Below are positions 49,888 through 62,271 of a stretch of 64,000 bases of DNA, piece by piece. Numbering within the stretch: position 1 is the first letter of the stretch; each line of letters begins with the position of its first letter. Source of the stretch: Diadema antillarum. Taxonomy: Eukaryota. The notes beneath the pieces were generated by a model. It was not told where the DNA came from. It worked only from the letters and a program-made list of their open reading frames with translations, and did no database searches. The translations under genes and the position numbers were made by a program. Location of the stretch: contig NW_027271682.1 of assembly GCF_040938485.1 (NCBI RefSeq), positions 3,906,001 to 3,970,000 on the forward strand, written 5' to 3'.

Positions 49888-51769
49888 TATACTCCTGACC
49901 TCTTTTCCTATTTCAGATAGATATGATATCGTTATAAAAAGCTTATTGTAATATAGCATTATGCTTGTGTAGAAAATTGTGGCTACTTTGGGGATAATTA
50001 ATGCCTATCCGACAATGACTGAATCCATTGAATACATCACCCTGAACAAGTTGATGTAATTGCACAACTTGTTCATGTTCAAATAGGGTCTTGTTATCCA
50101 ACTAGACGCTGTGCAAGTAAAATCTGAAAATAAAATCTAAAAAAAGAAATCTCTGAACGTAAAATCTAACAAGTAGACAGAAAAGCATTCATAATGCCGT
50201 ATTATCATTTTAACGGTAAATTTCACGCGATGTACATTGCTCGTTCGTTGATTACTCAGGAACATACCTGCAGATTAACGAACATACATGTATTTTATGC
50301 TACTTACTTTTGTCAAAGTGCGTGTATTCAGCTACGTTCCTGCATAAATAATTGTATCACAAAATTCATGATATGCATATAAACATAGATTCTGGCCATA
50401 TTAGATCTCTTGCGGTTCTGTTTATTTCATTGTTTCAATTTGAAGTGAAATTTAAACAAGATATTCGCATCGGTTGTTATACTACAAGAAACAGTTGCTG
50501 ATATGATGAGAAGTTCAAACGAAGCATTTGTTGCATGCTAGTTAATTTTGATGCTTGTGTCTTTTGTTGCTGATTTAGAGTTCTTACAACACTCTTATTT
50601 ACTCTCTATCTCCCCTCGCCTTTTCTAACCTCTCCCTCTTCACTTATGTACTATCTCCTCTTCCAACAGTCCCTTTCAGGACTTACCACATGGTGAACCG
50701 TAAAACTCAATCTTTTACACCACCATGTAAACCTCTACCTTCAATGATCTTCTCGGCAGGTGTATTACTTCATTCTTTAGAAGATTTTATAGGCGAACAA
50801 TTCTATGATTAATGAATAACATGAATCACCAACAGCGTTTCTGTTGAACAGATTTCATTCAAAGTTACAACGATGTTACTAAATAATGGCAGTAGGCCTA
50901 TCTGTTCTCATTGAAATTTGCTGATTCAATAAAACAATCAAATGCGGTTAAATTCCACCTGTTTTTTTGTCGATTTTCCTGGAACATTTTGCATCAACAT
51001 TTGTTCCCTTTACGTCCTTATTGTGTTTCGCTGTTTTATTTGACATTTTGCTATTTTGTGATGCACTGGGATGAATTTTGCTGTTTGTGATTTTCCTGTA
51101 TGAGTTATTCATTATTTTGGGACCTCTTTAGATCTTCTATGTAATGGATTTTGTTTCGTTGTTATTTTGCGCTTACAACATGTTAAAACTTTATTGTTTT
51201 CATTATCGTTTTATTGCTCAATTCCTTACGTACCAAGGTACACTTCTGTAGTGAAATTATTGTATTTGAAATACTGGTAGGTGATAGATAAATGCATATA
51301 TACAATAGAGTTAGATGTCTCCAAAGGGCATGTTTGCATAATGGCAATCTGTTCCTTTCGCTAACCGAGCGTTAAGTTACACAGTTACAAGAGGGGGAGG
51401 CGCTGAGGTATTCCGTATGTTGATATGTATAATCATATACATGGATATAAAGTACACTTTAAACGGTGCGACGTGGCGAATATAGATACCTTGACTGCAT
51501 GACTACTCATTTTAGGAGTTTGTGTGCATGGCAGTTTGATTTCCCCTCGACATAATCATGACACTCTGAAGGACACTCTGCCGAAATCTTCCTTTTACCG
51601 GAAAAAGTCCTATTGTGCCTTTACAGCCATAACCCCGATAACCACACACAGTCACGTCAAGCTGACAAAATAGTAATACAGCTTGCACGATCTTATCGAG
51701 CCGTATAGTGTACATTCTAAAAATCCCATTAGACTATCAACTCCGTATTAACTATTACGAATCGAATCG

Positions 51770-51837
51770 AATCAAATCAAATCAAATCAAATCAAATCAA
51801 ATCAAATCAAATCAAATCAAATCAAATCAAATCAAAT
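51770..51837. repeat. (AAATC)n microsatellite
   Basis: aaatcaaatc... Confidence 0.95.
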
Positions 51838-51906
51838 GTTCTGTTGTAAAGCACAGAGAGCAGACGTGCAGACGTTGCCACTCAAAAGGAGCAGACTTCA
51901 CACATT

Positions 51907-52636
51907 GGGTGATTTCAAGTTCGGTGCTAGTGCTAGTGCTAGTGCTAGCCCCCGAATAACAGCGTTAAATCGAGCTCCAACACCGACGGTCAGATTAACG
52001 AGGCAATACCGATCAAAATTATCGATCACCAGCACTAGGTGTTGGAATCACAGCACCGCGAGCTCCGCGGGAATTGCGCGACGAAAAAAGTGATTGCGCG
52101 TGATTACAGTCAAATAATTATTAAAAGATGTAGCCAAAATTGCTTAGTTTTAGGGACATAGTGGGGAAGAAATATTAAAATGCCACAAATTTCATCCACT
52201 CCCCAAAATACAACTATCTTAATTTTGCTCCCAGGCTCAGATTTATGAAGCCATGTCGAGAGTGTTCGTGTACGTTACGTGGGCGACCACTGCATTAGCA
52301 TAGACTTTGCACGTAAAACGTGCATCTATTATGGACGTGAATTTGAGTCTCGCACGGCAACGCTAACACCAGCACCGAACTTGAAATGACGAAAATGTTA
52401 ATCCCTAGGGGCTAGTGTTAGTCAATGGCGAAAAAGCACGTAAATCGCTAACACAATCGGCGGAGCTCGGTTCAGCAGACGACATTCAACACCAAGCCCA
52501 GCACCAGCAACCGGAAATACGTCATAATTTTGAGGTCAACTCCCAACACCGACGTGATTTCAAGTTCGGTTTTATTGCCGGTGCTAGTGCTGAGATAGCA
52601 CTAGCACTAGCACTAGCACCGAACTTGAAATCACCC
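51907..52636. mobile_element. 730-bp MITE with 3-bp ATT TSD (PIF/Harbinger-like)
   Basis: TIR gggtgatttcaagttcggtgctagtgctagtgcta / tagcactagcactagcaccgaacttgaaatcaccc; att on both sides; internal extra TIR copies at about 52370 and 52553. Confidence 0.8.
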
Positions 52637-53570
52637 ATTGGGTCATTCTCTACTTATTGTATAATTGGTGGTCATGAAGACATCACTGACTTGACCTTTG
52701 TGACGTATTGTGACATCATTCTGTCAATCTCGCCCCACCCCGATGTTACAGGCCTTGTGAATATTGGGCGTTTGATTCTAATTCAATTCGATTCAATTAA
52801 AATCAATTCAATTCAATTCAAATCAATTCAATTTATAATTTCTCTGAGAATATCCAACAAAGGTTGAATAAAAATACAAAGCAAACATTACACAAATCAT
52901 TGTTGTATCATTTGGTAAGAAATACACAATGCAAGGATCATAAAGTATATAGGCTTATATATGCTATTACGTAAAATAAGCAAAAATAGAAATGCACACT
53001 TTGCAAGGTTGACAAAAAAGTAAGTAGGTTTCATACACCATTTTTAACTCTTAATCGACACTGAAATACAACAGGCAAATAATAATGTATATTTACCAGC
53101 CAGGCTACTTGCAGGTTATACACCTTGTGCTAACATAGATTTATTTTCATAAAAAAATAAACGAATTTAACTCAACAAAACAAACAAAATGACCTGCAGC
53201 TCACATCGACATTGTACTTTGAACTTTTGAGTGTTTATCTGGTGAGAGCAAAGGGGATTTTTTTTTTTTTGCTCATTTTATTATCCTGTGAGTTTCAAAG
53301 CCAGCATTAACGGGTCATATACTCTATTGTATAGTGTGTGTGTGTGTGTGCATTCAGCGGGGCCTATGTCTTTTAGCGATTCGACAAACAGTTCCGCAGA
53401 AAAAACACCCCCAAAACATACGGTATACGGTGTGTTCAAGTGGAGTTATTTATACAAAATATCAAGAGAGAGGAAGAGAGAACACTATTTTCACAAAGCC
53501 AGCGAGTGATACTATTCTGCATGTTCTGGAATAAAGCAAAGCGACGAGAGAATAGCACAAAACCCGCAAC

Positions 53571-54066
53571 ATGTCTGCTGATTGGAATTCCAGACAGGGA
53601 GCCGCAGCTCTTGCTGCCGTGTCCATTCCAGCGGGATACGCCTGGTTTCGCTGGAAGTACCCTACCCTAATTGGCGACCTGCAACAACTGGGCAGCATTC
53701 TCTTCCTTTATAGGAGTATGGTCGAGCTGGACCGATCCCGGACATCCATGGTGGACGTCTTCGAAAAGACTGCTCAGGAACGTCCCGATCACCCATGCAT
53801 CCTGTTCGAGGAAGATTCGTACTGCTATGCCGACGTGTCCCGCAGGGTAAGCATGACGGCGCGGTGGATCAGCGGTTCGGACCCCAGCTTAAAGAAAGGT
53901 GACGCGGTGTGCGTCCTGCTACACAACGGGCCGACGTTTTTGTGGACGTGGTTGGGACTGCTGAAGCTAGGCGTAATTTCGAGCCTGATAAATTACAACC
54001 TTCGTGGAACTACACTTCTGCACTGCATACGAACAAGCGAAGCCAAGAAACTCATCTTTGGTTCAG
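53571..54066 (+). CDS. FATP paralogue 4 exon 1
   Basis: [10 protein letters not shown]...KKLIFGS; donor G|GTTGG; 496 nt. Confidence 0.9.
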
Positions 54067-55843
54067 GTTGGCTGTATAGATGATGCCCTATAGTAGCGTA
54101 TCTCGACTCTTTTTTTGACTGAAAAATTTGCCAAATATGCCACCCAACAAGTTGATGGAATGTATACTTTTCATGAAAAATTAAATTTTGTTGAATTCTC
54201 CCAATATTTTCTTTGTGCTGTTGTCCCTAATGACGTCTTGAACTGTACTAGTCTTCTTTAAATCCAGTGATGACGGCACCGAAATTTAAGCTTAAAAATT
54301 AATAACTTTTCAATCGATTGTGTTCCGTTCTTAAACTTTTACTGTTGTGTTCTACTAATATTGCTACTTTTATGTAATACAATTCTTAACTGAAGTTTGA
54401 TTTCCTATGACTCTATGGGAGGTAACTGTTTTTCTTTCCCAATCATAAATTTACATGACAATGTTCTTGAAGCTGTATATCTGTTGTTGTCAAATCCGTT
54501 TTCTATTAATTTTGGAAATGTCGTAGTTACTACAATAAACCTTTGAACATTGCATTTATTTCTCGATCAAATGTTGGGATCATGCTGAAATTCTCAAAAA
54601 TTGGAAAATTTGAATTTCGAATGAATTCAGGCCATTTTCCAGTTCTGCATCTCAAGTCTACCGGAAGATGGTTTGGTCTCCTTTGCAATACTATATAGTG
54701 GTTCGATTGCCGAATATTTCAACTTTTTTTTTTGAGTGGGGGGGGGGGGGGGCTTTATTTCTCTGTATTTTGTTAATACAAAATAGATTAATTTAATTGC
54801 ATCAATTAACAAAATTGTTGTTAGTAACAAACAAAATAGATGAAATAGAGATATCATGCTCTAATTAATGAAAAATGTACGACGAAAAACAAGGATGTTA
54901 AAATGTGCTCATCTTCTTTCATCTCTGTGTGTCATAAACACAAACACACACAGGCTCCCATACACACTCCCTGTATCTTTATCTCAGAAACAATATTGGT
55001 ACGAACGCGCTTGAATTTTTGAAGGCCCATAAACGTGATAAGTCCGTCATATCAATTTTCAATTTCAATTTCAATTCATTTATTTTTCATTCTTCTTTTT
55101 CCAACAATTGAAATTGAAATATCATAAATAAACGGCCAGTTGATGCCAGGCTATCTTGGATATAAAAATGACGGTCAAAGTTGAAATTTTAAAAACTTGA
55201 TTTGAAGGTGAAGATGGCCTTTAAAACATTCAGTGTCATTTTTTAATGTTGTTAAATCTACAGTTTTTCACGCCTATATAACACTGAGACACACCCACAC
55301 GAAAACTCAAAAAAAAATCTTTTCTTTTTTGTATCCCAGGAATTGTTTGTCCAAATTTATACTCAAATTTGGGCGCATATAACACTTAACCTGACAACAC
55401 ATTAAAAAAACAAACTGTCGAGTGAAGACGGCTTCAAGGCAGTAACTTAAGGTCTATATGTCACACCCTATGCAAATGAGAGTCAAAATTGGTGCATTAA
55501 AGGCTCCCATTATGTTTATTCTGACAACAGCATATCTTTTGTAGATATAATTTTTGGATTTGTGATTCCCCAGGTTCAGAGATGAAGATCATCAGCAGAC
55601 AATTTTTTTATACTGCTTATCAATTAACTCGTCTTGGTGACGAGTTCAAGACTGGTTGAAAGTTGAGACTTCAACTCTGTGTAACCAAATGAAAACTTGA
55701 AATTTTGGTACAGGTATACTGACGGAGAGATGCAAGTAACTTATTTTGGCCCAAGTTTGTTTTTTGGAAGCGGAATTCTACATTTCAGGTAAATTAAAAT
55801 GAATGCTCCCTTTTTAAGCGTCTTAATCATTTAACAGGTGTTT

Positions 55844-55879
<36 letters not shown>

Positions 55880-58800
55880 TTTTTTTTTTGGGGGGGGGGG
55901 GGAGGGGGGATAGAGGGCCGGAGTGTTGTATCTGGGCTATTTTCCTGTGGCCTGATAAATAAGTTCACGTAGATGTCTTCAATTTGCAATGAAAATCCTA
56001 GTGACATTCTCTCTGATCAATACCCACTCTCTATACAGAGTTTCTACCCATTGTTTGCGACATCCTGCCCGACCTCCGCCAGTTGGGCATCGACCTCTTG
56101 ATGGTCAACGATACGGGCGAGAGCATCGAGTCACCGCCGAACGATGTGGTTACCATGGACATCGACACGGTGACCGAGGAATACTTCCCGTCAGTCCCCA
56201 TTAGCAGTCTGGACGATGTCGTTTCTTATATATTTACGTCGGGCACAACAGGTCAGATATCGATACGAAAACATTGGTGATTGTTAAATAATTATGATTG
56301 CATATTTACATATATGTGTATATATATATATCTTTTGATGTCACCTTAGGGAGACATTACATGGTTATTATCATTTTTATAGTATACAAAGGAGAAACCT
56401 TCAGAATACAAATTTGTGTCTCCTTACCTTAAAGGCACTGTTTGCCATTGGGAGCAGTGATTTGAAAAAAATGTTCGAGATATCACATTTGATGCATATG
56501 TGTAGGTCAGTTATATCACAAAACATCCTACCATGTAAAAATTTTGCAATAAAGCAAAGCCTAAGATATAAGGAGATATCACTATTTTTCTCAATAAACC
56601 ATAACTGTAGACGGTTTAGTCTAGAAACAGTTTTATTACAACTATTGTTCACATTTTGTATATTTAACGGTACTTAACATTAATTATACTGATTCAAATT
56701 TATACATTGTTTGTTTCAATCATAACTCACATTTCAGAACTATTTGAAAGCACTAAAGCTGGGTTTTTGTTTCATCTGCAAATGGTGAATAACGCCTTTA
56801 ACGTTTTCTACTATAATCCCACTTAATCCATGCTTTGCTGCTGACAACACTTACAATGTAGTACACATTTTTTCATACAGCATGTACACTGCCTCACTTA
56901 AGCTGGATCCAGAGTTATATAAAAGCAATGAAAAAGCATCTTTGGAAAGTGGACGCCACGTTTCTAGTGCGCAATTAATCTTTCATGAAATTTTAGTTGT
57001 TAAAACTACCTTATGTAGAGCCAGCAGCAACGGTCGCCGTCACTGACTGTACTACATACAACGACAACACGAAAAAAAAACAAACGAACAAATAAGTGAC
57101 TCCCCCTCATCACAATGACCGAACTTTGTAACGAAAAGGTTCTGAGCAAAGCAATTTGGCATAGATATACTTGTTTAAAAACAAAAACAAAAAAAGTTCA
57201 GCCCAACAGCAGTGCCAATACTACTCGCGAACTCATGTTTAATAAAAACACCACACAACCCAAACCAATAAAGCTGGAAGCCCAAATCAGCAACCAAGAA
57301 AGGACAAAAAAATTGTATCACTTTGGTTTATGGCAACTTTTTCTTTTCTTTTCTTTTCTTTGTGATGATGGAAATAAATAAACTATTGAATTGAATTGAA
57401 TTGAAAAAAATTGAATTGAAACCTTTAATAATCATTATTCATCTCATGAATAGGCCTACTTGAATGTCATCTGATTTATGATCATCACTTCTATCACTAC
57501 TCAAGGGGTAATCATAACCACATCAGAGGGGCAGAGATTTGTATTCGTTTGTCTGTGTGTTTGTTAATTTGCTGGTACTGTTTGTCTTTCGTGTATACTA
57601 GGGATGCCTAAACCGGCGGTCGTCACACATAAGAAAGCTGTCGGTGGTGGGATGGTTCTGAAGAAGACTTACAACGCCAAACTTCACCCAGACGACGTGT
57701 ATTACGTACCGCTTCCTCTCTATCACTCCTCAGCACTCCTAATAGTGGTGTGTGGGAGCTTTACTGCAGGTGAGCTGTATACAGTATATTTTAAAAAAAT
57801 ACTATCGGATTTTTGCGTTGATAACACCCAATATGATTAAACCGTCTAAATGCTACTTGAGATATTATGTCTTAGCTCTATTTTGCAGAAAACCTCATTC
57901 AGTTTGGTTAAGCGGTCACAGAGCAATGTGGATTGTTGTAAAGCATGTCATGAGTCTGATTCTTCCTAGTTTAGCACTTGGATGCTCTTGGAACTGCGTA
58001 TTAATATGTAAACACAATAGACAGAACTTGCAGGGAAGGGATTCCTGGCATGCTGTACAAAAATCCTCATTTCTCTTTGACCACTGAAGCAATTTGAATG
58101 GGGTTTTCTGTAAATTGTGGGCAATGAGTTATAGTTAATTTCATATCCTGAAATTGTGTTTGGANNNNNNNNNNNNNNNNNNNNNNNNNNNNNNNNNNNN
58201 NNNNNNNNNNNNNNNNNNNNNNNNNNNNNNNNNNNNNNNNNNNNNNNNNNNNNNNNNNNNNNNNNNNNNNNNNNNNNNNNNNNNNNNNNNNNNNNNNNNN
58301 NNNNNNNNNNNNNNNNNNNNNNNNNNNNNNNNNNNNNNNNNNNNNNNNTCCATTCGGAGCCATACAAATCAACAAGAAGATACAACATTATACATGTAAT
58401 GGTCATACCCAGTAGTTGCGAAAACAGAAATACATTTAAAAAAAATGTATATCTGTTTTAAATGAGAACAAGATAATTTCATTTCCTGGTTGATAAAGTG
58501 CATTTGGTTTTAGCGTAGATTTAGAAACCACGCACAATATGAATTTCTTGAAAGCGAATGAATATCAGTGAAAAATGGGAGAAAGTTATGCATGTTGTGC
58601 AGCTTTAAAAAAAAGATTATCTGTTTACTATTTTGACAAGACAAATTGTGATGTCATGGAAAAAATACCCATAACCTGCAGGGATGAACTTTACTTTCTC
58701 ACTCCTCGGCCGGATTAATACTTGTATAGGGAGCAGCTCTTACATGTCAGCTGCTTCCCATGAGCGTACACTCCTGTCTACTCGAGAGCCTTCTGTCCCC

Positions 58801-61800
58801 TATTTTTTTTTTCAGTCATAATCCCCATGAAACCTATGCTGCCTCATTTCTTTTAGCTCACGCCACCTTTTAAGTTTGATTTAAAAGTTAAAAAGTGGAT
58901 TTTTTTTTCCGTCACAATTATAAACTGTTCGATTTTTATTTGACTGTTTGTTTGTTTCTTTCTTTCTTTCTTTCTTTTTTCTAGGCTGTACCATTGCTAT
59001 AGCGCGGAAGTTTTCTGCGAGTCGTTTCTGGGATGACATACGGAAGTACAAAGTTACTATCTTTCAGTACATCGGGGAACTATGCCGCTACCTGCTGGCC
59101 CAGCCAGCGGTACGTTTACGCTGCGGTGTCTGATACTATTGTAACACTTTTTGCCTTTCGAAGAAGTGATATGCTTTTCCTCACCTAAGTTAAAGCGATT
59201 AGATTTCGTTTTATACATGCGTACCTGCGCATTTTGCTTGCTTTTTTTTTAATCATCTGCTTTGAGGCATTTTTAACAATGTACCGCCTTTCGTATTCAT
59301 TGTGTATATCAAACCGCCTTTTAAGTGAGTGACGTGAATATTTCAACATCTATCTATCTATCTAGCTGATTATATTATGTTCCCTGCCAGGTGTGAATAT
59401 GGAAATAAACTGCCATTCCACGATCACGTTGACTTCAAAAAAATAGAACGAAATCAAAAAGCAAAAGGGGCGAGAGTTTATTCAGATGGAACGTAAGATG
59501 ACAAATTTGTTACATGTTAAAGGAAATCAGTGATGTAGGTCACAGCCATTAAGGCAAGTTGTGTGAGGAGTTTCACATTAACCCGCACAAACCTTTGATA
59601 AATTTCTTTTCTTAGAATAAATCATTAATGTACTATTACAGATTTGTCATAACTTAACAGGAGAAGTGTTACAGTGCTAAGTTATCGACCAAAAAAGGAT
59701 TTTCATCTTTTATGGAAGCCAATGACAGAGTTGTGAGGTTGTGTGCGAAAACACTGTTTGATGAGAACAAGTGAAACTTAAAACGTTCATATATTTTCTG
59801 TCAATACCATGAATATGTCGAAATCTAATCAGAATTCTCCCTTATGGGTTGTAAGAGTTTACTACGTTGATCCAAGTCAACTTATGCATGAATTAGCTTT
59901 GATTTTAAAAGTGTTTGGTTCAAGAAGAAGGAGGCTGGGAAGTTAAGATGGAGAGAACGAAGAAAACTTAGGACTAAATAGGAGAATAAAAACAAAATGA
60001 AAAAGATATGTTCAGAAGTGACAGAAGGACAAAACAAATAAGAATGACTCTTCCGACAGTACGCTTTTCATACCGGGGTCGTCTCACGAGACCGACACCC
60101 ACGAGTTACACGGCCAACGACTTCGACACTTCATAAAGGTCTGTGAATCATACAACCCACGAATCATACAGCCCATGAATTCGACACTAGGCAAACTAGG
60201 ACCACAAGTTCGACACTAAGCAAAAAAGGCCCATGAGTTCAACACTGGCTAGGTAAAATTGGACCCACGAGTTCGACTCTGCATCATGATCTCGTGGGCC
60301 TAGTTTTTGTAGTGTCGAACTCGTGGGCCTTGTTTGCTTTTGTGTCGGACTCATAGGCCTTATTTGCTTAGTGTCGATTTCATGGACTGTATGGCTCGTG
60401 GACTGTATAAACCGTGGGCTGTATGCTTCGTGGGTGTCGAACTCTTGACGTGCACCTTTCCTACTCACAGAAAGAGAACGACGGAGTGTACGAGGTACCG
60501 TTACGAGCAGCCGTCGGGAACGGACTGCGCGTTGAGATCTGGAAAGAATTTCAGACGAGATTCAATATCGGCCGGATCATCGAGTTCTATGGAGCTACGG
60601 AAGCCATAACCTCTTTCATCAACGTGGAGGGACGCGTGGGTTCGGTCGGCAAATATCCATGGACAGTGCGGGTATAAGCCTCACATAAGAATAATATGTC
60701 AAGTGCCTATAGACTTTATGTTTCATTAGGAAGCATGGTTGACAAGTTCAGACGTGAATACCAAATTACAATAGTCCCCAAGTAATTTTTATCGTGCCCT
60801 CAGATACACCAAAGAGGTAATGGAAGAGCAATGCAGCACTGCTCTGAAGTTAGAATATAGAATAGAATCAAACTAGCAGGATTGTAGAGATTACCTCAAA
60901 GTGGAATGCAAGTAACAAGTAAGTTCTGAAATTTTCATTCTTTTATTTTTCACAAGTTATATCGTATATTATACACATAAAGTAATGATCACATGGCCTA
61001 GTCGGTCCCCCTTTGACCTATTGACACAAAATCTTTACTGGATTGTTTTTCTTGCCAAGGAATCGAAATCTGTATCCTTCGATTCAATTTTTGCCTGTGC
61101 TGCAAACGGTGTACAGTAAAATTTCATTTTCTTGTTCGTTTCTCATGTTGTACATTATTTTGTGTAAAACTTGCCCCGTTCAATGGTTGAGTAAAAATGT
61201 ATGTGTGACTACAGTTTGATCACTTAGTTTTATATTTATCATCACATAAACGTGAACTTATTTGCAGAAGACTGGAAAGTAATGCGAATCTACTGAAATA
61301 TCGTCACACAATCAAATGTATTTCTCAGGTAATCATATCTACCTTTTTATTTCTATCTGTTTTGTCTTTGCTTCGACAGAAATTTTTCGATAACATCGAG
61401 GTAGTAGCGTACGACTTTGCCACCGGCCAACCAAAGCGAGACGGCAGCGGCATGTGCATTCGTCTACCCGCAGGTACCTCAAGAACCCTAGAAACTATCC
61501 ACAGTAGTCATTTGTATACAGTAACGTATTTTCTTTTATCTAATTTGGTGAAGAAAAAAAAAAAACATTAAAAATCCCTGCTCCTATGCAAGTAATTCTG
61601 TAAAGTTGCGAAGAAAAGAAAAACAATAATCATTGTAAAACGTGTTTATTAAAGAATTTTGTCGTGCATAGATACATTAGTGACTTTTTAAAGCAAAAAG
61701 TTGAACTGTTTGTTTCTTTTTTTTTTCTTGTTACACGGTTTGTCTATGTCATGGCATGGTGAGTTGGCTCAGTCGGTAGCGCGTCTGGCTCACAATCCTG

Positions 61801-62236
61801 AGGACTCGGGTTCGAACCCAAGTCTGGACTGAGCAATGTTGTGTGTAATCTCGCTTCATTCATTCGTCGCAAAGAGCAGGGTGTTCACCCGGTGAAGTGC
61901 TTCCACCTCACATCCAACTGGACCCTAAGGAATACCAGCTTTAATAGTGTAGCTGAATATGGGCTGTCAAGCCATCTTCTCTGATGTGAATGAACCAACA
62001 AACAAACAGTGGCATGCGCATGCAGAGGACGATGTTGTAGAGTAGATTGGAGTTATTTTCAGTGATCTGATCGTGATTGTAATTCGCATTAACGTATCGG
62101 CAACTCTACGCGCCATCTTCCACTTCCTCCTCTTGAATGCTTTCCTGTGCTTTTTGCTGTTGTGCCTTTTCGTCTGCCTCTTCTTGACCCTACTTCCCCT
62201 ATTTCCTCATCTTCTTCTTTTCCTTCCTCTATGTCT

Positions 62237-62271
<35 letters not shown>

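Noticed and set aside
61758-61830. tRNA gene
   Set aside because: A and B boxes are present, but there is no acceptor-stem pairing and it continues into a SINE body and (AAAC)n tail.
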